Below are positions 19,332 through 29,778 of a DNA stretch of 44,868 nucleotides, piece by piece (position 1 is the first letter of the stretch; the number at the start of each line of letters is the position of its first letter). A program made the position numbers and the translations under genes. Source of the stretch: an uncultured Deinococcales bacterium (GTDB taxonomy: Bacteria > Deinococcota > Deinococci > Deinococcales > JAAFIG01); contig CAXTKV010000012.1 of NCBI GenBank assembly GCA_964244895.1, positions 1-44,868 of the forward strand, written 5' to 3'. The notes under the pieces are model-generated. The model saw nothing but the letters and a program-made list of their open reading frames with translations, was not told the DNA's origin and ran no database searches.

Positions 19332-20324
19332 ATGCACCTGACCCTGTCCCACAACCGACTGATCCTGATGCAGTGGGCGATCATGACCGCCGTCGCGGCG
19401 CTCGAGATCTTCCCGCGTCTGGTTCTGGAAAGCGCCACCGATCCGTGGGTCGTGGCCTTGCGCTTCGGGATGCTCGGGCTGATCGCGTTCTTTTGTTCGC
19501 GCCTGAACTCGCGCGAACCGGAACTGGCGGTCGGGTTGTACACCGTGATCGTGGCGGCGCTGGCGGCCTTCGATGTCCGCATCAGCCCCGAAATCTGGCA
19601 GGCGAACGACCTGGAAACCGTGATGTACGCCGTGATCGGTCTGACGGGCGTGTACGGCCTGGCGCTCTTCTGGGGCGCTCGTGGACTGATGGGCGGTTTC
19701 GTGATCGCGGCGCTGGTGGTCGGATTGGGCACTCGCGTTCCCGCGCAGGTGATTCTGGGATGCGTGATGATCGCGGGCGGGCTGGTCGGCTGGCGTCTGC
19801 ACCAGTTCTTTCACGAACTCGACGAGATGCAGCGCGATCTGCGTTTGCGCGCCAATACGGACGCCATGACGCAAATCGGTAACCGTCGCGGCCTGGAAGA
19901 GGACTTCCGCCGCTTCCGCGCCAACGCCAAACGTTTCGGCGTGCCCTTATTGCTGATTTCCTGGGACGTGGACGGTCTGAAAAGCATCAACGACGCCGAG
20001 GGCCACGCGGCGGGCGACGCGCACCTGATGGGTTTCGTCAGCGCCCTGCGCGTGACGGTGCGCCAGGGCGACGGGCTGTACCGCATCGGCGGGGACGAGT
20101 TCGTCAGCTTGCATCCGGGCCTGAACCTCGAGAGCGGCGCAGTCTTGTACAAGCGCGTCCTGCAACGCTTCTCTTACGTGTCAGCCGGCTGGGTCAAGGC
20201 CACCAACGATTCCCTGGACGCGGCGCTCGAGGAGGCGGACGCGAAGTTGTACACTGACAAGGAAGCCCGCCGGATGGCCCGCTTCCGCAGCGAACGCCGC
20301 GTCTCCGAGACGGCCACGGATTAG
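19332..20324 (+). CDS. Membrane-bound diguanylate cyclase
   Basis: N-terminal TM segments; TDAMTQIGNRR, DVDGLKSIND..GHAAGD, YRIGGDEF. Confidence 0.9.
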   Translation: MHLTLSHNRLILMQWAIMTAVAALEIFPRLVLESATDPWVVALRFGMLGLIAFFCSRLNSREPELAVGLYTVIVAALAAFDVRISPEIWQANDLETVMYAVIGLTGVYGLALFWGARGLMGGFVIAALVVGLGTRVPAQVILGCVMIAGGLVGWRLHQFFHELDEMQRDLRLRANTDAMTQIGNRRGLEEDFRRFRANAKRFGVPLLLISWDVDGLKSINDAEGHAAGDAHLMGFVSALRVTVRQGDGLYRIGGDEFVSLHPGLNLESGAVLYKRVLQRFSYVSAGWVKATNDSLDAALEEADAKLYTDKEARRMARFRSERRVSETATD

Positions 20325-20346
20325 GGGTCGCCCGAGACCGCGTTTC

Positions 20347-20411
20347 CAGGAATACCGTCCAGGACGCTCTTTTTTTGATCCTCGAGAAACGCGCGCTGGA
20401 CGGTATTCCTG
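20347..20411. repeat. Palindromic repeat doublet (ATACCGT variant)
   Basis: CAGGAATACCGTCCAGGACGC...GCGCGCTGGACGGTATTCCTG. Confidence 0.9.
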
Positions 20412-20526
20412 AAATCCCGCCGGGGATTCTGCGGCTGGTTTTCCGGTGAAGTCGTCCATCTCGAGTCTGCGATCCGCAAAGGGCCGCGCCTCGAGCCATC
20501 GGCCTCGAGATTCAGTTTGGGCGTCT

Positions 20527-20582
20527 TCGAGTTCACCGTCCTGGACGCATTCTTGAAAACGTGTGCTGGACGGTGAACTCGA
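20527..20582. repeat. Palindromic repeat doublet (TTCACCGT variant)
   Basis: TCGAGTTCACCGTCCTGGACGC-attcttgaaaac-GTGTGCTGGACGGTGAACTCGA. Confidence 0.9.
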
Positions 20583-20594
20583 GATTGTAACCGG

Positions 20595-22160
<1,566 letters not shown>

Positions 22161-22186
22161 GTGAGGCGATTCTAACGTGTCACAGA

Positions 22187-22255
22187 AGCCGCGAGCCATC
22201 AGCCGCGAGCAAAACCGGTTTTCCCTTGAGGCTTAAGGCTTGCGGCTTGCGGCTC
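22187..22255. repeat. Inverted heptamer arrays around the palindrome AAAACCGGTTTT
   Basis: AGCCGCG AGCCATC AGCCGCG ... GAGGCTT AAGGCTT GCGGCTT GCGGCTC. Confidence 0.65.
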
Positions 22256-22261
22256 GAGCCG

Positions 22262-22288
22262 ACGCCGTCCAGGACGGTGTTTCTCGAG
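22262..22288. repeat. Single palindromic repeat unit
   Basis: ACGCCGTCC-A-GGACGGTGTTTCTCGAG. Confidence 0.85.
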
Positions 22289-22313
22289 AATCGAGATTTG
22301 CGTTTGGGGCAGT

Positions 22314-23204
22314 TTATTGGCGCGCCTCGAGCCCGCCGCGCCAGGCGTTCGAGAGGGCGCTCGAGGCGATCAGGCGCTCGAGCGTGCCCGCGTCGGGTCG
22401 TTCGTCGTGCATGGCGCGGTTCGCTTCGGCGATGGTGACGGCGTTCGGGGCGCGTTCCAGCAGGCGGATCTCCTCGCCGGGAGCGACCTGGCCGGGCTCG
22501 AGGACGCGGCAGTAAAAGCCGGTGAAACCCGTCTCCTTGATCCAGCTTTGCAATTTTGGGGCGCGGTGGCGCAGGCTCAGTTTCTCGCACAGTCCGCGCG
22601 GCTGGCTGACCTGCACGATGGCTCCAGAGGAGGCCGCGCCGACGCGGTAGACGTCGCCGATGCAGACGCGAGCTTCGGTCAGTCCCCAGGCGCTGAAGTT
22701 CTCGCCGAACGAGGCGGGTTCGAGGGCTCTGGACAGGCGTTTGGCCCAGAACGGGTAGTGCTCCAAGGGGTAGACGCAGACCGCCCGATCCGGTCCGCCG
22801 TGCTGCTCCAGATCGGCTTGCGCGTCGCCCTCCAGGCCGGACGGGTTCAGGCGCAACGCGTCCGAGATCGGCGATTTGACGATGCTCGAGAGGGTCGTCT
22901 GCGCGCCGCGCCGCAGCACGCGCGGCTGCCCGATGTTGAGCGAGACCAGACCGGGAAAGACCTCCGGTTGCGCATCCTCGAAGAGTGCCGACAGGTGCAC
23001 GCCGAACGCCCCGGCCAGTCGGAGCAGCACGCCGATCGAGGCCTGACGGTCGCCTGCCTCGAGCCTCGAGAGGTGCGCCTTAGAGACGCCAGACAGCGCG
23101 GCCAGACCATCCAGCGTCAAACCGCGCTCGAGCCGAAGATGGCGCAACCGAGCGCCCAGCCGGATCAGTTCGGGCGCGATACCGCGTTCGGGCGCTTCTG
23201 GCAT
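22314..23204 (-). CDS. XRE-family HTH fused to a YiiM-like MOSC + 3-alpha domain
   Basis: N-term LRHLRLERGLTLDGLAALSGVSKAHLSRLEAG; C-term HGGPDRAV, FGENFS, QPRGLCEKL, TGFYCRVLEPG; TACAAT 6 nt upstream of the ATG. Confidence 0.88.
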   Translation of the reverse strand: MPEAPERGIAPELIRLGARLRHLRLERGLTLDGLAALSGVSKAHLSRLEAGDRQASIGVLLRLAGAFGVHLSALFEDAQPEVFPGLVSLNIGQPRVLRRGAQTTLSSIVKSPISDALRLNPSGLEGDAQADLEQHGGPDRAVCVYPLEHYPFWAKRLSRALEPASFGENFSAWGLTEARVCIGDVYRVGAASSGAIVQVSQPRGLCEKLSLRHRAPKLQSWIKETGFTGFYCRVLEPGQVAPGEEIRLLERAPNAVTIAEANRAMHDERPDAGTLERLIASSALSNAWRGGLEARQ

Positions 23205-23240
23205 GGGCGCATTGTAGAGGATTGCGAACCCAAAAAACAC

Positions 23241-23272
23241 TGTTGCCTCTGCGTCAACACTGCGCTTATACT
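23241..23272 (+). promoter_or_regulatory. sigma70-like promoter overlapped by an inverted repeat
   Basis: TTGCCT-18-TATACT, 6 nt before GTG 23279; TGTTG-N9-CAACA at 23241-23259 overlaps the -35. Confidence 0.6.
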
Positions 23273-23278
23273 CGAGCC

Positions 23279-23773
23279 GTGAGCCCGCAACCCGTGACAT
23301 ATTCCCCGGTCGGCGTGGTGCGTTCACCGTTCACCGACCCGGCAGGAATGCCGATCCAGTCCGCGAGCGCTTCCGGCGTCGCGGGTCGCGTCGAACTCGA
23401 GCCGGAGTTCGCGGCGGGATTGCGCGACCTGGACGGCTTCTCGCACCTGTGGTTGCTGTGCCACCTGCACCGCGTTCGGGGCTCTTCGCTCGAGGTCGTG
23501 CCGTTTCTGGACGCGGTTTCTCACGGCATTTTCGCTACGCGCAGCCCGAAACGCCCGAACCCGATCAGCCTGAGCCTGGTGCGCCTGGAAAGCATTCAGG
23601 GCACCGTCCTGCACATCTCCGAAATCGACGTGCTGGACGGCACACCCGTGCTCGACATCAAACCCTACGTGCCGCGCTTCGACGCGCGCCAGACGGATCG
23701 AATCGGCTGGTTCGCGGCGCGCCTGGATCGCCTCGAGAACACGCTGTCCGACGACCGTTTCAAGACGCCCTGA
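23279..23773 (+). CDS. trmO: TsaA/TrmO-family SAM-binding protein (m6t6A37 methyltransferase-like)
   Basis: GLRDLDGFSHLW, GIFATRSPKRPNPISLS, DVLDGTPVLDIKPY. Confidence 0.85.
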   Translation: MSPQPVTYSPVGVVRSPFTDPAGMPIQSASASGVAGRVELEPEFAAGLRDLDGFSHLWLLCHLHRVRGSSLEVVPFLDAVSHGIFATRSPKRPNPISLSLVRLESIQGTVLHISEIDVLDGTPVLDIKPYVPRFDARQTDRIGWFAARLDRLENTLSDDRFKTP

Positions 23774-23805
23774 CACCCGAGCCCTTCACGCCGCAAAGGA
23801 GATCC

Positions 23806-24594
23806 ATGCGATTCAGATTCCTCGCTCCCGCAGCCCTGCTCGTTCTCTTCGCCAGTTTCTCGAGCCAGCCCGTCTCGGGTCAAACTGGCCCCGCCCTGAC
23901 CGTCTTCGCCGCCGCCAGCCTGACGGACGCCTTCACGGAAATTGGCAAGGCCTTCGACGCCAAAACGGGCGGCAAGACCACCTTTCAATTCGCGGGATCG
24001 CCCACCCTCAGACAGCAGCTCGAGAACGGCGCGAAAGCCGACGTGTACGCCAGCGCCAACGGTGCGCAGTTCGATCCACTGCTCAAAGCTGGTCTGGTCG
24101 TGAGCGGCAGCGTCTTCACCAAAAACCGTTTGATCGTGATCGTGCCGAAAAAGGGTTCGGGCAACGTCAAGACCCTTTCCGATCTGGCCAACCCCGGCGT
24201 CAAACTGGTGATCGCCGACAAGAGCGTCCCGGTCGGCGGGTACGCCCGCCAGGTCTTCGATGCGCTCAACAAATCCGGTCAGTACGGCCCGGACTACGCC
24301 GCCCGCGTCCTCAAGAACGTCGTGTCCGAAGAAACCAACGTCCGCCAGGTGGCCCTCAAGGTTCAACTCGGCGAGGCCGACGCGGGCGTGGTCTACACCA
24401 CCGACGTGACCCCGACCCTCGCGCCGTCCGTGATTCAGATCGCGATTCCGGCGCGCTTTAACGTGATCGCCGCGTACCCGATCGGCGCGCTCAAGGGTTC
24501 AGCCAACCCGGACGCGGCCAAAGCCTTCGTCGATTTCGTGCTGAACGACGGGCAAACCATCCTGAGCAAGTGGGGCTTCCTGCCCGCGAAATGA
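23806..24594 (+). CDS. modA: Molybdate ABC substrate-binding protein
   Basis: VFAAASLTDAF, FAGS, ADVYASAN, VPVGGYA, GEADAGVVYTTD; AAGGAG SD. Confidence 0.93.
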   Translation: MRFRFLAPAALLVLFASFSSQPVSGQTGPALTVFAAASLTDAFTEIGKAFDAKTGGKTTFQFAGSPTLRQQLENGAKADVYASANGAQFDPLLKAGLVVSGSVFTKNRLIVIVPKKGSGNVKTLSDLANPGVKLVIADKSVPVGGYARQVFDALNKSGQYGPDYAARVLKNVVSEETNVRQVALKVQLGEADAGVVYTTDVTPTLAPSVIQIAIPARFNVIAAYPIGALKGSANPDAAKAFVDFVLNDGQTILSKWGFLPAK

Positions 24595-24602
24595 GGTCAG
24601 GC

Positions 24603-24815
24603 ATGAACATCAGCGCCAGAAACGCGATTCCAGGCAAGATTGCCCGCATCGAACGCGGCGCGGTCAACGCCGAAATCACGCTCGAGATCGCGGGCGGCAC
24701 GGAAATCACCTCGGTGATCACGCTGGCCTCCGTCGAACGGCTCGGGCTGACCCTCGGACAGACCGCCTACGCGGTCATCAAGGCCAGCGACGTGATGATC
24801 GGCACGGACGACTGA
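24603..24815 (+). CDS. Molbindin (Mop/TOBE) protein
   Basis: MNISARN, ITSVITLASVERLGL, AVIKASDV. Confidence 0.93.
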   Translation: MNISARNAIPGKIARIERGAVNAEITLEIAGGTEITSVITLASVERLGLTLGQTAYAVIKASDVMIGTDD

Positions 24816-24821
24816 GATACG

Positions 24822-24877
24822 CGAGAAGACCGTCTGGGGCGCGAATTAGAAAACGCGTGCTGGACGGTGTTCTCGAG
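24822..24877. repeat. Palindromic repeat doublet inside the mod operon
   Basis: CGAGAAGACCGTCTGGGGCGCG-aattagaaaa-CGCGTGCTGGACGGTGTTCTCGAG. Confidence 0.88.
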
Positions 24878-24913
24878 CGTGACGGGTTTCTCGAGAACAC
24901 TTCAGGAGGCAAC

Positions 24914-25426
24914 ATGCGAATCATCGTTCGGATCGGATTGCTCGTCCTCGCGTTGATGTCCGCCGTCTCTGGCCAGAGCGTGCCGCGCCCGACCAGTCCG
25001 TCGTTCACGCTGGGCGGTCAGATTGCCAACCCGCGCGCGTACACGCTCGCCGATATCCAGGCGCTCCCGGCGAAAGAAGTCGTGCTGGAATACTCGGCGG
25101 CCAACCAACCGCAGAAACACGCGTTCAAGGGCGTGCTTCTGTACGACCTGATCGCTGCCGCTAAACCCCAGTTCGATGCGAACACCAAGAACGACGCGTT
25201 GCGCTGGATCGTGCAGGCCACGGGCTCCGACGGGTACGCGGCGACCTTCGCACTCGGGGAACTCGACCCGAACTTCGGCAACAAGGGCGTGCTGGTGGCC
25301 TTTGAACAAGATGGCAAACCCTTGCCGCCCGAGGATGGGTTGCTTCGGCTGGTCGTACCCACAGACCTCAAGGGCGGACGCTTCATCAGCGCGCTGGTCA
25401 CGGTGATCGTCCGGCGGCTTCAGTAA
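24914..25426 (+). CDS. Secreted sulfite-oxidase-fold (Oxidored_molyb-like) protein with no cysteine
   Basis: YTLADIQALP, FKGVLLYDLI, ATGSDGY, DGKPL...GLLRLVVP; Sec-type signal; AGGAGG SD. Confidence 0.78.
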   Translation: MRIIVRIGLLVLALMSAVSGQSVPRPTSPSFTLGGQIANPRAYTLADIQALPAKEVVLEYSAANQPQKHAFKGVLLYDLIAAAKPQFDANTKNDALRWIVQATGSDGYAATFALGELDPNFGNKGVLVAFEQDGKPLPPEDGLLRLVVPTDLKGGRFISALVTVIVRRLQ

Positions 25427-25449
25427 CGCGTGTCGTATCCTGAGCGGCC

Positions 25450-26277
25450 TTGAATCTCGCTCGTGAACGCAACCCCGCCCGAAACCGCCGCGCCCCGAAA
25501 GACCGTGCGCCCGCCCTGCCCGTCGCGCTCAGTCTGGTGCTGATCGCGTTCTTGCTGCTGCCGACGCTGGTGATCCTGGCGCGCGGCATCGGCGCGGGCT
25601 TCGCGGGCGCAATCGTTGATCCCGTCGTGCTCGAGGCGTTGCGGGTCAGCCTGACCACGACGGCCATTGCGCTGCTGTTGACGGTCGCGTTCGGCGCGCC
25701 CGTCGCGTTCTTGCTGGCCCGATACCGCTTTCCCGGTCACACGCTCCTGGATGCGCTGCTGGACTTGCCGATCGTGCTGCCGCCCGTGGTGGCGGGTGTG
25801 GGCCTGCTTCTGACCTTCGGGCGGCGCGGCCTGCTGGGTGCGCCGTTGGAGCTGGCGGGCATCTCGTTGGCGTTCTCTCCGGCGGCGGTCGTGATGGCGC
25901 AACTTTTTGCCAGCGCGCCGTTTTTCATTCGGGCGGCCAAAGCGGGTTTCATGGCGGTCGATCCCGATGTGGAAGAAGCCGCGCAGATCGACGGCGCTTC
26001 AGCCGTGCTGGCCTTCCGCTTCGTGACCTGGCCGCTGGCCTTTCCGTTCCTGCTCGAGGGCATGGTGCTGGCCTGGGCGCGCGCCCTCGGGGAATTCGGC
26101 GCGACCATCCTGTTCGCGGGTTCGCTGGCGGGCAGCACGCGCACGATCACGCTCTCGATTTACGCGACTCTGGAGAGCGACCTCGCGCCCGCGCTGGTGC
26201 TGTCCGCGATCATGGTGGCGGCGGCGTTCGGGCTGCTGTTCGCCGTGCGTTCCCTGGCGGTGCGGCGCGAGCGCTGA
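25450..26277 (+). CDS. modB: Molybdate ABC permease
   Basis: LDLPIVLPPVVAGVGLL, EEAAQIDGAS, WARALGEFGATILFAG. Start approximate. Confidence 0.92.
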   Translation: MNLARERNPARNRRAPKDRAPALPVALSLVLIAFLLLPTLVILARGIGAGFAGAIVDPVVLEALRVSLTTTAIALLLTVAFGAPVAFLLARYRFPGHTLLDALLDLPIVLPPVVAGVGLLLTFGRRGLLGAPLELAGISLAFSPAAVVMAQLFASAPFFIRAAKAGFMAVDPDVEEAAQIDGASAVLAFRFVTWPLAFPFLLEGMVLAWARALGEFGATILFAGSLAGSTRTITLSIYATLESDLAPALVLSAIMVAAAFGLLFAVRSLAVRRER

Positions 26278-26285
26278 GGGCTCGC

Positions 26286-26329
26286 GAACACCGTCCTGGA
26301 CGCGTATTCGATCTCGCGCGCCGGGCGGT
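26286..26329. repeat. Palindromic repeat doublet (right arm degenerate)
   Basis: GAACACCGTCCTGGACGCG...CGCGCGCCGGGCGGT. Confidence 0.8.
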
Positions 26330-26490
26330 CTCGTCGTGGAATCGTCCTCGAGTTTCAATCCCTCGAACCGCCCCTCGAGCAACCGCCGTCGAGCTCGTCT
26401 TTGAACCCGGTCGAAGCTTCACTTCGGGCTCGAGACGCCATTTTCCCCTGCCGCCCGTGCTAGCCTCGATCCACCCACAAGGAGGCTTCC

Positions 26491-27339
26491 ATGAACGTCG
26501 CCGTCGTCACGGATTCCACGAGCGATATCCACCCGCCGCTCGATGCGCAACTCGGGGTCAAGGTCGTGCCGTTGTACGTGAATTTTCGCGGCCAGGTGCT
26601 CAAGGATGGCCTCGAGATCAGCACCAACGACATCTTCAAGGGCGTCGCAGAGGGCGCGGCCATGCCCAGCACCTCGCAGCCCACGCCGGTGGATTTCACC
26701 AACGCGTTTGAATCCTTGCTGATGACCCACGATCACGTGCTGGTCGTGACGATCTCCTCGAAACTTTCCGGCACGCTGCAATCCGCGCAGATCGCGGGCG
26801 CGAATTTTCCCGGCAAGGTCACGGTCTTCGATTCGCAGTCCGCCAGCGGCACGCAAGCCATGCTGGTGGATCGCGCCACGAAGCTCTTCGGCGCGGGCTC
26901 GAGCCTGGAGGATGTCGTGCGCCAGCTCGAGGCGGTGCGCGCTAGGCAGATGCTGCGTTTTTCCGTGGCTTCCCTCGATTACCTGAAGAAAAACGGTCGC
27001 ATCGGCGGCGCCCAAGCCCTGCTGGGCGGCTTGTTGAACATCAAACCGATCCTGGGCCTGAAGGACGGGCGCGTGGATTCCGTCGGGCGCGAACGCGGCG
27101 CGCAAAAGGCGCTGGCGCACGTGATCGCGGAACTCAAGGAGTACGTCGCGCACAACGGCAAATCCCGTTGCGCGTACATTTACACCGACAAGGCTGAAGA
27201 TGTCACCCCCCTGCGCGATGCCGGTCGTTCGCTCGGCATCGAGGAATGGGGCGTGATGCAGTGCGGCCCGGTGATCGCCGCGCACGTCGGCCCCGGCACG
27301 TACGGCGCGCTGATCGAACCGGTGGACGTTCCAGCCTGA
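26491..27339 (+). CDS. DegV family fatty-acid-binding protein
   Basis: [42 protein letters not shown]. Confidence 0.95.
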   Translation: MNVAVVTDSTSDIHPPLDAQLGVKVVPLYVNFRGQVLKDGLEISTNDIFKGVAEGAAMPSTSQPTPVDFTNAFESLLMTHDHVLVVTISSKLSGTLQSAQIAGANFPGKVTVFDSQSASGTQAMLVDRATKLFGAGSSLEDVVRQLEAVRARQMLRFSVASLDYLKKNGRIGGAQALLGGLLNIKPILGLKDGRVDSVGRERGAQKALAHVIAELKEYVAHNGKSRCAYIYTDKAEDVTPLRDAGRSLGIEEWGVMQCGPVIAAHVGPGTYGALIEPVDVPA

Positions 27340-27345
27340 ATCGTC

Positions 27346-27396
27346 AGAAGACCGTCCTGAACCGTGTTCTCGAGAACGCGTCCAGGACGGTCTTCT
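27346..27396. repeat. Palindromic repeat doublet (AGACCGT variant) filling a convergent gap
   Basis: AGAAGACCGTCCTGAACCGTGTTCTCGAGAACGCGTCCAGGACGGTCTTCT, with CTCGAG at the symmetry centre. Confidence 0.9.
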
Positions 27397-28344
27397 CAGG
27401 CGGTATGCCCAGTGCGAAGCGCTCCAGCCAGATCGCGGATGTGGTCCGGGCTGGTGCGGCAGCACCCGCCGATCACGCGCGCGCCGTGCGCGTACCACGC
27501 TCGGGCTTGCGTGGTGAACGTCTCGCAACTGGACTGGCCGCTCCAGCGTTTCATGATGGCATCGTAGGTCTCGCCAGAATTTGGGTACGCCAGGATCGGC
27601 TTGTCTGTGGCGGCGCCCAGACGTGTGACCAACTCGGTCACGAATTCCGGAGCCGTGCAGTTCACGCCGACGGCGGCGACCTGCGGGTGCGACCCCAGCA
27701 GGCTCGCGCACGGGCTGATCGGCTCGCCGCGGTTGGTGTGCGCCCCATCGCGGGCGCTGAAGCTGAACCAGGCGCTGACGCCGGGGAATTCCTCCAGGAG
27801 CCGCAGCAACGCCCTCGCCTCGAGCAGGCACGGGATCGTCTCGCAGGCCAGGAGGTCGGCCCCGGACGCGGCCAGCACCGCCAGGCGCGGACGGTGAAAA
27901 TCCATCAATTCCATCTCCGTCAGGCCGTAATCGCCCCGGTACTCTGAACCATCCGCCAGGAACGCGCCGTAAGGCCCGACGGAGGCCGCCACGAACGGGC
28001 GCGAACGCCGCGCGGTTGGCGGGGTTTGCCCAGAACGCGTCCCGCGCTTCAAAGGCCAACTGCACGGAGAGCCGCATCAGTTCAGCGGCCTGCGCTGCGT
28101 CCAGTCCGCGCCGCGCGAAACCCTCGAAGCTCGCCTGGTAGCTGGCAGTCGTGGCGCAATCCGCCCCGGCGGCGAAGTAATCCGCGTGCACGTCCCGGAT
28201 CAACTCGGGCCTCTCGAGCAGCACCCGCGCGCTCCACAAGGGATCGTTCAGGTCGCAGCCGCGCCATTCGAGTTCCGTGGCCAGCGCGCCGTCCAGCACG
28301 ACCACAGCCTGATGCTCGAGGATGCTGGAAATGGGGTCAGCCAC
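27396..28344 (-). pseudogene. mmuM: Homocysteine S-methyltransferase, frameshifted near 28010
   Basis: 5' part [28 protein letters not shown] is in one frame; [37 protein letters not shown] is in another. Confidence 0.8.
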
Positions 28345-28451
28345 GGGTGTTCCTTTGCGCGATCATCGCGATTAGACTACCCCGGCAGATGACCTCGGGA
28401 TGGCGCCCTGAACGCGCCGGCTGGCCGCTGATGCTCAGTCCTGAGGATTCC

Positions 28452-28512
28452 AGGAATACCGTCCGGGACGCTCCGCTTGAAGTTCTCGAGAATACCGTCC
28501 TGGACGGTATTC
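28452..28512. repeat. Two repeat units, the second a perfect 23-bp palindrome
   Basis: AGGAATACCGTCCGGGACGC and GAATACCGTCC-T-GGACGGTATTC. Confidence 0.9.
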
Positions 28513-28572
28513 CCTGTTTTACCGTCTCGAGGCACACAGCGCCCATTCGAGCGCGGCGCTAGGTTGAAAGGC

Positions 28573-29691
28573 GTGAACACCGCCCTGACCCCGACGCAGA
28601 CCGACACCCCCAAGAACCCGTTCGAGGTCGGCCTTTTCTCGTTCGCCGAAAACGGCCCGGATTCGATCACCGGCCAGACCCTCAGCCCCGCGACGCGCCT
28701 CTCGAACCTGCTCGAGACGATCGAGCTGGCCGATCAGGTCGGGCTGGATGTCTTCGGGCTGGGCGAGCACCACCGCCCGGAATTCGTGGCGTCCGCCCCA
28801 GCCGTGATCCTGGCGGCAGCGGCGGCCCGCACGAAAAACATTCGGCTGACCAGCGCCGTCACGGTGCTCAGTTCGGATGATCCCGTGCGGGTCTTTCAGG
28901 AATTCTCGACGCTGGATCTGCTCTCGAACGGTCGCGCCGAAATCATGGCCGGGCGCGGTTCGTTTATTGAATCCTTCCCGCTCTTCGGCTACGACCTGAA
29001 GGACTACCACGACCTCTTCGAGGAGAAGCTCGAGCTGCTCTTGAAACTCCGCCAATCCGAACGCATCACCTGGGAAGGCCATCACCGTCCAGGCATCGAC
29101 GACCTGGGCGTTTACCCGCGCCCGGTGCAGAACCCGTTGCCCGTCTGGGTCGCGGTCGGCGGCACGCCCGAATCCGTGGTGCGCGCCGGAGCGCTCGGGC
29201 TTCCGATGGGCCTGGCGATCATCGGTGGGATGCCGGAACGGTTCGCGCCCCTCGCGAACCTGTACCGTCAGGCCGCGCAGCAGGCCGGGCACGATTTGAG
29301 CGCGCTCAAATTGAGCATCAATTCCCACGGGTTCCTGGCCGACGATTCCCGGCAGGCCGCCGACGATTACTTCCCCAGCTTCTCTGAGGCGATGGGCAGG
29401 ATCGGGCGCGAGCGCGGCTGGCCGCCCGTGACGCGCCAGCAATTCGAGGCGTCCCGCAGCCTTCGCGGATCGGATTTCGTGGGCGACCCGGAAGAGGTGA
29501 TCGAAAAGATCCTCTTTCAGCACGGCTTGTTCAACCACCAGCGCTTTTTATTGCAGCTGGGACTGGGCGGCATTTCTCATTTGAAGATGATGCGCGCCGT
29601 GGAGTTGCTGGGCACGAACGTTGCCCCAATCGTGCGCCGGGAAATCCAGGCTCGAGCTTCGAGCCTGGCCACGGCTGCGAGCCCGAACTGA
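28573..29691 (+). CDS. LLM-class (luciferase-like) flavin-dependent oxidoreductase
   Basis: [49 protein letters not shown] 7 nt before the GTG. Confidence 0.92.
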   Translation: MNTALTPTQTDTPKNPFEVGLFSFAENGPDSITGQTLSPATRLSNLLETIELADQVGLDVFGLGEHHRPEFVASAPAVILAAAAARTKNIRLTSAVTVLSSDDPVRVFQEFSTLDLLSNGRAEIMAGRGSFIESFPLFGYDLKDYHDLFEEKLELLLKLRQSERITWEGHHRPGIDDLGVYPRPVQNPLPVWVAVGGTPESVVRAGALGLPMGLAIIGGMPERFAPLANLYRQAAQQAGHDLSALKLSINSHGFLADDSRQAADDYFPSFSEAMGRIGRERGWPPVTRQQFEASRSLRGSDFVGDPEEVIEKILFQHGLFNHQRFLLQLGLGGISHLKMMRAVELLGTNVAPIVRREIQARASSLATAASPN

Positions 29692-29702
29692 GGCTCGATT
29701 CA

Positions 29703-29720
29703 TGCGTCCTGGACGGTGTT
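29703..29720. repeat. Single repeat unit
   Basis: TGCGTCCTGGACGGTGTT. Confidence 0.8.
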
Positions 29721-29778
29721 TCCAGGATTCGGGCGCGGTTCCTGGGAACGCTAAAGCCGATTCGGGCATACTGGTGTC

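Noticed and set aside
26352..26381. GTTTCAATCCCTC resembling the start of a CRISPR repeat
   Set aside because: Single copy with no GAAAC-type end and no array.
26419..28344. 641-aa minus-strand ORF
   Set aside because: Only the first ~110 aa are MmuM; the rest is out-of-frame read-through antisense to degV.
28345..28445. SAM/SAH riboswitch upstream of mmuM
   Set aside because: No recognisable SAM-I/II or SAH consensus, and a TAGTCT -10 box lies close to the start.
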